A stretch of 33,253 bases of DNA from a virus: positions 1 to 33,253 of the IMG/VR virus record IMGVR_UViG_3300045988_050695; one strand, written 5' to 3'. The notes under the pieces were generated by a model that was not told where the DNA came from, ran no database searches, and worked only from the letters and a program-made list of their open reading frames with translations. Every line of letters begins with the position of its first letter. Position 1 is the stretch's first letter. Below are positions 6,040 to 14,497 of this stretch, piece after piece. A program made the position numbers and the translations under genes.

Positions 6040-6680
6040 AGCTGAAACCATGCCCGAACTGCGGCAGCAGCAGAGTGTACATATGGCACATATGCACGGC
6101 GCGGCTGCCGTGGTGGCACTACGCCGAATGTGAGGACTGCCATTGGTGCGGGAAGACAAAGCTTTTTCGCCGGCGTGCAATAAGATCGTGGAATAAGGAG
6201 GGAAAAAATATGATAGATGAAAATAAACTGCTGGAAGAGGTGCAAAAACGGATAAATTATTGGGACGCCAAAGCCGCCGAATGCGACGAAGCTGGTTATT
6301 TGGAAAATATGGATATATGCGACGGTAAGGCGATGGAAATGCGTGAGGTCGTAAATTTCATAAAGGAATTACAAAATATGACCGACGACATTGAGAAAAA
6401 CCCAAAAAAAGAGAAATTGAAAAAGATCGCCGATCATTACGGTTTACAAGCACAAAAAGGAATGCTCATCGAAGAGATGGCTGAGCTGATGCAGGCAGTC
6501 AACAGGTTTGACCGCAATACAACCGAAAAAAACTTAGACGCTATCGCCGAAGAGATCGCAGATGTTGAAATCATGATCGCACAAGCTAAGTATTTATACG
6601 TAATTCCGCAAGAAAAAATTGACGAAATCACAGATTACAAGATACAGCGTACACTTGAAAGAATGGAGGTAGACCAATGA
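6036..6680 (+). CDS. Lar-like restriction-alleviation zinc-ribbon domain fused in frame to a MazG-like nucleotide pyrophosphohydrolase domain
   Basis: MKLKPCPNCGSS...ECEDCHWCG...RRRAIRSWNKEG fits the Lar family pattern (KPCPFCG...C..C...AI.AWN.R). The C-terminus LIEEMAELMQAV...AIAEEIADVEIMIAQAKYLY fits the MazG EE..EL / E..ADV motifs. There is no stop between them. An internal AAGGAGG-ATG lies at 6210. Confidence 0.6.
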   Translation: MKLKPCPNCGSSRVYIWHICTARLPWWHYAECEDCHWCGKTKLFRRRAIRSWNKEGKNMIDENKLLEEVQKRINYWDAKAAECDEAGYLENMDICDGKAMEMREVVNFIKELQNMTDDIEKNPKKEKLKKIADHYGLQAQKGMLIEEMAELMQAVNRFDRNTTEKNLDAIAEEIADVEIMIAQAKYLYVIPQEKIDEITDYKIQRTLERMEVDQ

Positions 6681-6997
6681 ACAAACGCGTTTTTTTGCGA
6701 AATTACGAAGGCGAAAAAACCGCCATCGAAATTCCTGATTTTGAAAATGTAACGCGGATGAGAGTTGAGATAATAACGGGGGACGAAATTCTCTTTGTGC
6801 AATATGACAGCCAGCACGTTACAAAATATGATAGCGCAGAAGATAGAATGATAGACTTTTTCGATGAATGGTACGAATTACCAAAAGAGCTTATCGACGA
6901 GTTTTCCGCATATGAAGGAACACCGTATGAGTGTTCCGAACACATCCGCAAGCTAAAATGGATAGACACGTGGTGGATGAAAAACACGAATGAGTAG
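6677..6997 (+). CDS. Hypothetical protein
   Basis: ATGA overlap with the upstream gene, in operon orientation. No motif recognised. Confidence 0.6.
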   Translation: MNKRVFLRNYEGEKTAIEIPDFENVTRMRVEIITGDEILFVQYDSQHVTKYDSAEDRMIDFFDEWYELPKELIDEFSAYEGTPYECSEHIRKLKWIDTWWMKNTNE

Positions 6998-7016
6998 AAG
7001 CTGAAGGAGAATAAAA

Positions 7017-7226
7017 ATGAGACATGTATTTGCAACAAACGAAACCGTCGAAGTTATAACGCTTGAAATCTGCGAGGGATGTGAGTTCGCGAGTTTTCAA
7101 AGTCTTGATCGTGAAATTTATTATGAAAACAAAGCAGTAATGATAAGACAATTCATAGAGTGTTCGCTTTATCGCGTTTGCATAAGGGCAATGGAAGAAA
7201 CACAGAAGCTTATAGACAAGGACTGA
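7017..7226 (+). CDS. Hypothetical protein
   Basis: GGAG lies upstream of ATG 7017. 69 aa, no motif recognised. Confidence 0.5.
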   Translation: MRHVFATNETVEVITLEICEGCEFASFQSLDREIYYENKAVMIRQFIECSLYRVCIRAMEETQKLIDKD

Positions 7227-7314
7227 AAAAAATCTACTTATATATATAAGAAAAAACTGGCGCTCGGTATGAGCTTTCGAGCTTGTAATGAGTAGTAACA
7301 AACGGGGGAAGAAA

Positions 7315-8163
7315 ATGTACAGACAAAAAAAGTATATAATGAAAAACTACATGGAAGTAGAAATCTTCCCCGTGCCGGAAAAGGTTAAGCCATACAAAAG
7401 AGCGGTAAGAGAAACGGGGACAAGCCCGGCACAAAAAAAACTGAACGATAAAAAAGCGGTAAAATATCTTAACCGCCTTGTTCATACGAACTTCGACGAG
7501 CAAGATCTGTTTGTCGACTTAACATTCGATGAGAAAAATCTGCCAAAAGACAGAAAAGACGCGCAACGCGTTGTAAGAAACTACATAGACCGCTTACGCC
7601 GGGCAAGAAAAAAAGAGGAGTTAGACGAGATAAAATATATCTATGTCATATCGGACAGCGATGAGCTTGGCAACAAGAAAAGACTGCACGTCCACATGAT
7701 AATGAACGGCGGTCTTGATCGGGACAAAATAGAAAAAACGTGGCATTGCGGATATTGCCAGACCGACAGATTACAGCCGAACGAGTACGGAGTAACGGGA
7801 AAGGTTATGTACATGGCAAGGCAGTCAAAAGGCGATCGCATGTGGTCATCGAGCAAAAATCTAAAAAAGCCCGTTGCTGTTGTAAGCGATAAGGCCATCA
7901 CGAAGGCAAAAGCTGCGGCCATAGAAAGAAACCCGGAAGACAGGGCTTTCTTTGAAAAGATATTTCCCGGATGGACATTTACCGACTGCATTGTCGAATA
8001 TCCAGACGACGAAGGATTAAAGAGAGGAACAAGCTTTTTAATCCGAATGAGAAAGGAAAAACAATGGACGAAAAAGAAAAAAAGAGAATTAAAGTCTACT
8101 TGCAGGGCTACGGACGAGAAGAAGAGAAACTCCGGCAGATCGAAGCGGAAATCGACTACATAA
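7315..8163 (+). CDS. HUH-superfamily Rep-like endonuclease (putative)
   Basis: There are three motifs in canonical order and spacing: FVDLTF (motif I), RLHVHMIMNG (HUH) and GKVMYMARQSK (catalytic Tyr motif). ATG 7315 follows GGGGGA, and the listed 7288 start is less likely. The basic tail overlaps the next gene by 100 nt. Confidence 0.5.
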   Translation: MYRQKKYIMKNYMEVEIFPVPEKVKPYKRAVRETGTSPAQKKLNDKKAVKYLNRLVHTNFDEQDLFVDLTFDEKNLPKDRKDAQRVVRNYIDRLRRARKKEELDEIKYIYVISDSDELGNKKRLHVHMIMNGGLDRDKIEKTWHCGYCQTDRLQPNEYGVTGKVMYMARQSKGDRMWSSSKNLKKPVAVVSDKAITKAKAAAIERNPEDRAFFEKIFPGWTFTDCIVEYPDDEGLKRGTSFLIRMRKEKQWTKKKKRELKSTCRATDEKKRNSGRSKRKSTT

Positions 8164-8498
8164 ACCAGACGATAGACAGCACCTCGCAAATCTTTGACGG
8201 AATGCCGCGCGGGAGCGGAATCTCTGACAAAACGGCAAGAGAGGCACAGAGACTTTGCGACTTATCCATTGACCTTATAGAACAACGATTTGAAGCAGCG
8301 ACCAAAAGAAAAGAGATAGGAGATACCATAAGAAGCGTAGAGGATACCAAGTATATGAGACTACTCTATCTTAGATACATAGAACTAAGATCATGGGGTA
8401 AGGTGTCCGAAGAAATGGGGATCAGTCCGCGATGGATATTTGACATGCACAATAAGGCACTTGAAGAAATTGCAGAAAAAATAACGATACCGCATTGA
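8064..8498 (+). CDS. Late-gene transcriptional regulator, sigma-70 region-4-like (DUF1492/ArpU-RinA-like position)
   Basis: MPRGSGISDKT...KYMRLLYLRYIELRSWGKVSEEMGISPRWIFDMHNKALEEI matches the DUF1492 / sigma region 4 HTH pattern as I remember it. It is located just before the HNH-terminase module. Confidence 0.6.
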   Translation: MDEKEKKRIKVYLQGYGREEEKLRQIEAEIDYINQTIDSTSQIFDGMPRGSGISDKTAREAQRLCDLSIDLIEQRFEAATKRKEIGDTIRSVEDTKYMRLLYLRYIELRSWGKVSEEMGISPRWIFDMHNKALEEIAEKITIPH

Positions 8499-8530
8499 AC
8501 CATCAGTGTGCGAGGTGATATGATTATAGC

Positions 8531-8824
8531 GTGGAAAAGAAAAAATATGGAAGCGAGCGTTGGAAGAAAAAAAGGAACAGAATACTTCGGCGCGATAAGT
8601 ACATCGACAAGATAGAAGCACGATATGGGAGGACAGTGGAGGCAACAATGGTCCACCATATCTTTCCGGCTGATGAGTATCCGGAGCTTTTCTGGACAGA
8701 TTGGAACCTGATAAGTGTAAGCAGGGCAACCCATCAGAGACTGCACAACAAAGACGGCAGTCTTTCCGATTTCGGCGAAGAGCTGCGAAGACGAACAGGA
8801 GAAAAAAATGGACTTAAAAGATAA
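8531..8824 (+). CDS. HNH endonuclease (packaging-associated type)
   Basis: W.KKRNRILRRDKY...ATMVHHIFP...WNLISVSRATHQRLH is an HNH core. The GTG start has GAGGTGA upstream. The position upstream of terS/terL is typical of cos phages with HK97-like heads. Confidence 0.8.
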   Translation: MEKKKYGSERWKKKRNRILRRDKYIDKIEARYGRTVEATMVHHIFPADEYPELFWTDWNLISVSRATHQRLHNKDGSLSDFGEELRRRTGEKNGLKR

Positions 8825-9062
8825 ACTGATAAAGGTAAAAGAAAAGATTGTAACGGGAGAAACAACTATAAAAGACATAGACACAATAAACGAGATCATA
8901 AAAGATATCGAGAAGATAGAAAAGATCGTTGAAAACTTTTCGCCCGAACTAAACGAAAGCGAAGAGATGATCGGTTCACTCTTACAACCTGGGATCACGA
9001 TTGACACTGTGAATATTTACTTTTTTGGCAGCGATAAAGAGGCAGAAAATGAAGCAGAGTAA
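8808..9062 (+). CDS. Hypothetical acidic protein
   Basis: 84-aa ORF overlapping the HNH stop, rich in E, K and I. No motif recognised. Confidence 0.45.
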   Translation: MDLKDKLIKVKEKIVTGETTIKDIDTINEIIKDIEKIEKIVENFSPELNESEEMIGSLLQPGITIDTVNIYFFGSDKEAENEAE

Positions 9063-9433
9063 AGGAAAGAAAGCAAAGAGGATAAACGACTTGAAGCAGA
9101 GCGGGAAGATATCCCCCCCTCCCTCAGACCCTCCTCTCTGCCCTTGCCTAATGCGACGGGTAAAACTCTTTCCAACTCTGACATGATTTTAAGAAATAGG
9201 GACAAGATGAATTGATAAGTAAAGAGTTAAAAAAATATTATACATTTTATGACAGGAAAAAACGACAGAAAAAAAGACTCAAAAAAACAGGAAAATGACA
9301 TTTAATTTTATGTCAAAAAATATACAAAAAGTAGGCGTTTTTCATTCAGTTTTTTTAACAGTCAGCCTCCTCTCTTCTAAACACCTACTCGCTCCGGGGC
9401 GTAGCGAACAACGCCCCACAAATAAGAGAACGT

Positions 9434-9468
9434 ACCGCGATGTGCTTCGGCCTCGCGGTCTTTTATTG
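9434..9468 (+). terminator. Stem-loop plus T-run (intrinsic-terminator-like) 9 nt upstream of the ParB-like gene
   Basis: ACCGCGA (9434-9440) pairs with TCGCGGT (9453-9459). The loop contains GC-TTCG-GC and is followed by CTTTTATT. A second hairpin GGGGCGT/ACGCCCC lies at 9396-9417. Confidence 0.5.
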
Positions 9469-9476
9469 GAGAAATA

Positions 9477-10751
9477 ATGAACAAGTTAAAGATAGTTTAC
9501 AAAAAGATAACGGACATACACCCATATGAAAATAACCCAAGAAAGAACGAGAAGGCAGTGGATTTTGTGGCAAACTCGATTAGTGAGTTTGGATTTCGAC
9601 AGCCCATCGTGATCGACAAAGATAACGAGATAGTAGCCGGCCACACGAGGTACAAGGCTTCGCAAAAGATTGGATTAGCTGAAGTGCCTTGCGTCTATGT
9701 CGACGATCTGACGGAAGAACAGGTAAAAGCCTACCGCCTCGCGGACAATAAGACCATAGAGCAGTCCGAGTGGGACAGTTTAAAACTGGACGAAGAACTT
9801 GAAGGAATCGGCAATCTTGACATGAGCCTTTTCGGATTCTTTCCTGTTGAAGAAATTGATTTTAAAAATCTCGGCGACATGGCGGAAAGCAATGAAGAGT
9901 ATGAAGAGTTTACCGAGAAGTTCAAGCCGAAAAAAACAACTGATGACTGTTACACGCCGCCCGCTGTTTATGAAGCAGTAAAGAACTGGGCAGTTAAGGA
10001 GTACAATCTTAATGGGCGCAAAGTAGTCAGGCCGTTTTATCCGGGCGGGGATTATGAAAAATATAAATATCCAAAAGATTGCGTTGTAATCGACAACCCG
10101 CCGTTTTCAATACTCGCGCAAATTAAAAGATTCTACGCCGAAAGAAAGATCGACTTCTTTCTTTTCGGTCCGGCAAAAACACTATTTGCAAGCGAGGAAT
10201 GTTGTTATATTTTGACAAATCAAGAAATCACTTATGAAAATGGCGCAAAAACCTACAGTGCATTTGTGACAAATCTCGACGAGGCGAGAATCAGAACCGC
10301 ACCTGATTTAGCGAGAATGATACAAGAGGCACAAGAAAATAACGCGGTAAATTTTCCGAAATACGATCATCCGAACAATGTAATCACTTCCGCAAGACTG
10401 GGAAAGATTGCCAATTATGTAGAATTAAAAATCTATCCGGAGCAGTGCCATTTTATCCGGCAGCTTGACTCCCAAAAAGAAAGCGGAGCCGCTCTTTTCG
10501 GCGCTGGATTCTTGTTATCCGAAAAAGCCGCAGCCGAAAAAGCCGCAGCCGAAAAAGCCGCAGCCGAAAAAGCCGCAGCTAAAGAAGTAACTGTGTGGGA
10601 GCTATCCGAAAGAGAAAAGAAGATCATCGAGGAGATGAGCAAAAATGAAAGCGACGACCTACGAAAAAAGAATAATAAAGGCAATGAAGACCGTAGGCAC
10701 ATACAAGCCGGAGTTCAGTCAGGCAATCAAGACACTGGCGAAGATTTATGA
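9477..10751 (+). CDS. ParB/Srx N-terminal domain protein with an NPPF-containing (methyltransferase motif IV-like) central domain and EKAAA x4 helical linker
   Basis: IHPYENNPRKN...FGFRQPIVIDKDNEIVAGHTRYKA...AYRLADNK is a ParB-like nuclease domain. Downstream lie CYTPPAVYEAV...RPFYPGGD...CVVIDNPPFS. The tail overlaps terS by 107 nt. Confidence 0.65.
   Translation: MNKLKIVYKKITDIHPYENNPRKNEKAVDFVANSISEFGFRQPIVIDKDNEIVAGHTRYKASQKIGLAEVPCVYVDDLTEEQVKAYRLADNKTIEQSEWDSLKLDEELEGIGNLDMSLFGFFPVEEIDFKNLGDMAESNEEYEEFTEKFKPKKTTDDCYTPPAVYEAVKNWAVKEYNLNGRKVVRPFYPGGDYEKYKYPKDCVVIDNPPFSILAQIKRFYAERKIDFFLFGPAKTLFASEECCYILTNQEITYENGAKTYSAFVTNLDEARIRTAPDLARMIQEAQENNAVNFPKYDHPNNVITSARLGKIANYVELKIYPEQCHFIRQLDSQKESGAALFGAGFLLSEKAAAEKAAAEKAAAEKAAAKEVTVWELSEREKKIIEEMSKNESDDLRKKNNKGNEDRRHIQAGVQSGNQDTGEDL
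10521..10580. repeat. 15-bp tandem repeat GAAAAAGCCGCAGCC x4 (encodes EKAAA x4)
   Basis: Units at 10521, 10536, 10551 and 10566, with a single C>T difference in the last unit. Confidence 0.95.
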
Positions 10752-11004
10752 ACAGTTCGACCAGGCAAAAGAACAGTTCGAGAGAACTGGCGGCGAGTAT
10801 GTGGTAAAGCACACGAACAAGAATGGAAATACGAACATTATAAAAAACCCGCTATATAGAATCCTTGAAGAAATGGAGGAGAAGATCTTGGCATACAACA
10901 GAGAGCTTGGCTTAACCCCGTCCGGGTATAAGCGCATAATGAATAAATTTGAAAAAGAAAAACACTCGGAACTTGCCGAGGCGTTAAAGGCACTTGGAAG
11001 CTAA
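10645..11004 (+). CDS. terS: Terminase small subunit, P27 family
   Basis: GAGGAG lies upstream of ATG 10645. [31 protein letters not shown] matches the P27-family terS C-terminal signature. It lies directly upstream of terL. Confidence 0.75.
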   Translation: MKATTYEKRIIKAMKTVGTYKPEFSQAIKTLAKIYEQFDQAKEQFERTGGEYVVKHTNKNGNTNIIKNPLYRILEEMEEKILAYNRELGLTPSGYKRIMNKFEKEKHSELAEALKALGS

Positions 11005-12754
11005 AAACTGGCGGGAGGTTCTGGAGTACGCCGAGAGTATAAGAGACGGGAAAAAGATAGCGTGTAAGGAGCTGAAGCAGTGCGTTGACAGGTTTTTTAA
11101 AGATTTAAAAAATCCGGCTTACTGGCTGGATAAAAAAGCCCCTGAGTTCTGTATCGGAATAATAGAAAAAACGCTAAAACACCAACAAGGAGAAGACCTC
11201 GAAGGACGCCCCATGCAGGGTCGTCCTTTTATATTGCAGCCATTCCATAAGTTTATTGTCTACAACATTGTGGGATTTAAACATAAGGACTCAGACATTT
11301 TAAAATATCACGAAGCTCTGATCTTCGTACCGCGAAAGAATGTTAAAACGACTTTTGCGGCTGCCCTTGCCTGGTCTCTTTCCTTGTACTACCGCCGTAG
11401 TGGGTCAAAAGTGTATGTTACATCAGCTGCCCTTATGCAGTCGCTTGAAAGTTTTAACTTTCTAACGTATAACCTTGACCGCATGGGAGAAAGCGAAAGA
11501 AAAGGTGGCGGTGTAAAGATAATCGACAATAACAATGAGCACTCAATCAAGGCGGATTTCCCGGACGGATCAATCTTCATTCGGGCGCTTGCCGCTAATG
11601 CGGACGCGCAGGATTCTCTAAACTGTAATATCGCGATTGCTGATGAAATGCACGCGTACAAAAAGCCAAAGCAGTACAATCTGTTTAAAGAGGCTATGAA
11701 AGCCTATACCAATAAACTGATGATCGGCATTTCCACAGCCGGAGACAACGAGCAATTGTTTTTAGGACAAAGGCTGAAATACTGTCGTAAAGTCTTAGAC
11801 GGCACCGTCGAGGACGAACAGTATTTCATTTTCATGACCTGCGCCAACCCGGACGAGGCCGGCAATATAGATTTTACAAGCCCAAAGGTACACGAAATGG
11901 CCAATCCCTCATACGGAGTAACTATCCGGCCGCAGGAAATATTAAACGAGTCTTTGCAGGCACAAAACGACCCGCAGCAAAGAAAAGACTTTTATGCAAA
12001 AAGTCTAAACGTTTACACGAACTCGATAAGGGCATATTTCGACATTGAAGAGTTCAGGAAGTCCGACAAAAAATACAGATGGACACTCGACGAGCTGGCA
12101 AAGCTGCCGATAAAGTGGTACGGCGGCGCCGACTTGTCAAAGCTGCATGACCTCACAGCCGCCGCGCTCGTTGGAGTGTATAAAGACGTAACGATAGTAA
12201 TCACCCACGCTTTCTTCCCGGTCGTTGCCGCGCACGTAAAGGCGGACGAGGACAACATACCGCTTTTTGGCTGGGCAGAAGACGGCAATTTAACGTTATG
12301 CAACTCGCCGACGGTCAACTACTCGGACGTGGTTAACTGGTTTTTAACAATGAAATCCAAAGGGTTTAAAATCACGCAGATAGGACACGACCGAAAGTTC
12401 GGCCGTGAATTTTTCATTGACATGAAAAAGTCAGGATTTCGAATTGTCGATCAGCCTCAGTATTATTTCAAAAAATCCGAAGGATTTAGATACTTGGAGA
12501 AAGCCGCAAAAGACGGCAATCTATACTATCTTCATTCTGACGCTTTTGAATACTGCGTCCAAAATGTGGCGGCAATAGAAAAGACCGACGACATGATCCA
12601 GTATGAAAAGATCCATCCGGAGCTAAGAATTGATTTATTCGACGCCGCCGTATTCGCGGCAATAAGATATTTGGACAATTTAGAAAGATCACAAAAGGGA
12701 AAGGACTGGTGGGGAGACAGTGAGCAAAAAGAAAAGCAGAAAAACAAGAGATGA
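10994..12754 (+). CDS. terL: Terminase large subunit (Terminase_1 type)
   Basis: 586 aa with an N-terminal ATPase region ([24 protein letters not shown]) and a C-terminal nuclease region. It has a TTG start overlapping the terS stop. Synteny is terS-terL-portal. Confidence 0.9.
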   Translation: MEAKNWREVLEYAESIRDGKKIACKELKQCVDRFFKDLKNPAYWLDKKAPEFCIGIIEKTLKHQQGEDLEGRPMQGRPFILQPFHKFIVYNIVGFKHKDSDILKYHEALIFVPRKNVKTTFAAALAWSLSLYYRRSGSKVYVTSAALMQSLESFNFLTYNLDRMGESERKGGGVKIIDNNNEHSIKADFPDGSIFIRALAANADAQDSLNCNIAIADEMHAYKKPKQYNLFKEAMKAYTNKLMIGISTAGDNEQLFLGQRLKYCRKVLDGTVEDEQYFIFMTCANPDEAGNIDFTSPKVHEMANPSYGVTIRPQEILNESLQAQNDPQQRKDFYAKSLNVYTNSIRAYFDIEEFRKSDKKYRWTLDELAKLPIKWYGGADLSKLHDLTAAALVGVYKDVTIVITHAFFPVVAAHVKADEDNIPLFGWAEDGNLTLCNSPTVNYSDVVNWFLTMKSKGFKITQIGHDRKFGREFFIDMKKSGFRIVDQPQYYFKKSEGFRYLEKAAKDGNLYYLHSDAFEYCVQNVAAIEKTDDMIQYEKIHPELRIDLFDAAVFAAIRYLDNLERSQKGKDWWGDSEQKEKQKNKR

Positions 12755-13922
12755 ACCGAGGACTAAACCACAGGAAAAAAGAAGCATGGTCGGATTCTTA
12801 CTGGACAAAGACCTCGGAAGTCTGGAATGCAGAGGGTATACATCTTTAGCCCACAGCCCGGAAATCTCCGCAGGAGTTGATAAGATTGCCGAGCTGATCG
12901 GTTCGATGACAATTCATCTAATGGAAAACCAAGAAAACGGAGATGTCAGGCTGAGGAATGGGCTTTCAAGAAAACTTGACATCGACCCATATTCAAGGGG
13001 CACGAGAAGCCAGTTCATAAAATGGATCGTCCATACCATGTTCTTAGAGGGCGAAGGTAACGCAGTAGTCTACCCGGTAACAGATAGCGGATACATAGAC
13101 GATCTAAGACCTATACCGGCGAGCATAGTGTCATTCGTCCCAATCGACAACTGGGACTACAGGATAGTAATAGCCGGCCGGGAATATGAACCGGATGACG
13201 TGCTTCACTTTGTATTAAATCCGAGTTCATTCTACCCGTGGAAAGGTAGAGGCTATTCGATTACGCTTGCAGATGTGGCCAACAACCTGAAGCAGGCCGC
13301 CGCCACGGAAAAAGGATTCATGACGTCAAAGTGGAAGCCGTCTATCATCATCAAGGTTGACGCACTGGTAGAAGAGTTCTCCAGCCCGGAGGGCAGGCGA
13401 AAACTGCTTGATGATTATGTGGAAACCGATCAGGCCGGCGAGCCGTGGCTATTGCCGGGCGAACAGTTTGACGTCCAGCAAATCAAGCCGCTCACCCTTT
13501 CCGATCTTGCCCTCGCTGATTTTGTGGAAATTGATAAAAAAACAGTAGCGTCAATTCTCGGAGTGCCCCCGTTCCTGCTGGGGGTGGGCGAATTTAAGCG
13601 TGAAGAATGGAACAACTTTATAAACTCCAAAATCATGCCGATAGCCCAAGCCATGGAACAGGAGCTTACAAAGAAGCTAACATATAGACCTAATTGGTTT
13701 TTTAAATTTAACCCACGAAGTCTATACAACTACGACATACGCGACCTGGCTTCTGTCGCCGATGACCAGTACGTGCGCGGGATCATGACGGGGAATGAGA
13801 CAAGAAACTGGCTCGGGCTTTCACCGCTTGAAGGTCTCGACGAGCTAATAATCTTAGAAAACTACATACCGCGAGGAATGATTGGCGAGCAATCCAAGCT
13901 GCAAGGAGGTGAAAGTGAGTGA
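12720..13922 (+). CDS. Portal protein, HK97 family
   Basis: 400 aa, follows terL. It has HK97-type portal blocks (for example [10 protein letters not shown]). The start is uncertain: GTG 12720 overlaps terL, and ATG 12786 is an alternative. Confidence 0.85.
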   Translation: MSKKKSRKTRDEPRTKPQEKRSMVGFLLDKDLGSLECRGYTSLAHSPEISAGVDKIAELIGSMTIHLMENQENGDVRLRNGLSRKLDIDPYSRGTRSQFIKWIVHTMFLEGEGNAVVYPVTDSGYIDDLRPIPASIVSFVPIDNWDYRIVIAGREYEPDDVLHFVLNPSSFYPWKGRGYSITLADVANNLKQAAATEKGFMTSKWKPSIIIKVDALVEEFSSPEGRRKLLDDYVETDQAGEPWLLPGEQFDVQQIKPLTLSDLALADFVEIDKKTVASILGVPPFLLGVGEFKREEWNNFINSKIMPIAQAMEQELTKKLTYRPNWFFKFNPRSLYNYDIRDLASVADDQYVRGIMTGNETRNWLGLSPLEGLDELIILENYIPRGMIGEQSKLQGGESE

Positions 13923-14497
13923 GGGAAACCAGAATTTTTACACAAAAAATATGCGTAAGAACAGACGAACAGACCGGAGATAGATACATTTCCGGTTATT
14001 TTTCTGTTTTTAATTCCAATTACGAGATGTGGCAGGGGGCAACGGAATCAATTGACCCGGCGGCATTCGACGGGGCGCTTGATGACGACGTACGTTGTCT
14101 GACGAATCACGATACTCGTCTTGTTTTGGGACGAACAAAGGCCGGAACATTGACGCTGAAAACGGATGACCACGGATTGTGGGGAGAAGTAAAGATCAAT
14201 GAAAAAGATCAGGACGCTGTGAATCTTTACGAGCGTGTAGCTCGCGGAGATGTGACACAGTGTTCTTTTGGGTTCGACATTCTCGAAGAAGAATACAGCG
14301 AAAATCCAAACAACGGAGACGTTCACTGGACGATCAAAAAAGTCAGGCTTTATGAAGTGTCCATCGTAACATTCCCGGCATACGAGGACACAGAAGTGTG
14401 GGCGCGTAAAAAAGGCGAATTTGAACAGATCAAAAAAAGGCAAAACGAAAAGTGGCGTAAAGACATGAAAAAACGCCTGAAAGAAAGGAGTAGCTAA
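13919..14497 (+). CDS. Prohead (maturation) protease, HK97 family
   Basis: GYFSVFN...LTNHDTRLVLGRTKAGTLTLKTDDHGLW...YEVSIVTFPAY is the S78/U35 protease pattern. It lies between portal and capsid. Confidence 0.85.
   Translation: MRETRIFTQKICVRTDEQTGDRYISGYFSVFNSNYEMWQGATESIDPAAFDGALDDDVRCLTNHDTRLVLGRTKAGTLTLKTDDHGLWGEVKINEKDQDAVNLYERVARGDVTQCSFGFDILEEEYSENPNNGDVHWTIKKVRLYEVSIVTFPAYEDTEVWARKKGEFEQIKKRQNEKWRKDMKKRLKERSS

Noticed and set aside
8366-9007. 213-aa minus-strand ORF spanning the late regulator, HNH and acidic-protein genes
   Set aside because: It is antisense to three + strand genes with recognisable motifs. Its Ser/Ile/Phe-rich low-complexity translation is the mirror of the A/G-rich coding strand.
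9391-9470. Two adjacent stem-loops considered as a possible tRNA or small RNA gene
   Set aside because: There is no cloverleaf, T-loop (GTTCRANNC) or D-loop consensus. The second hairpin has a T-run like a terminator. An sRNA cannot be excluded, but the sequence alone does not support one.
9295-9477. 60-aa ORF in the long intergenic region
   Set aside because: It has no RBS and an odd composition, and it runs through two stable hairpins and the terminator-like structure. The region is better explained as regulatory or cos DNA.
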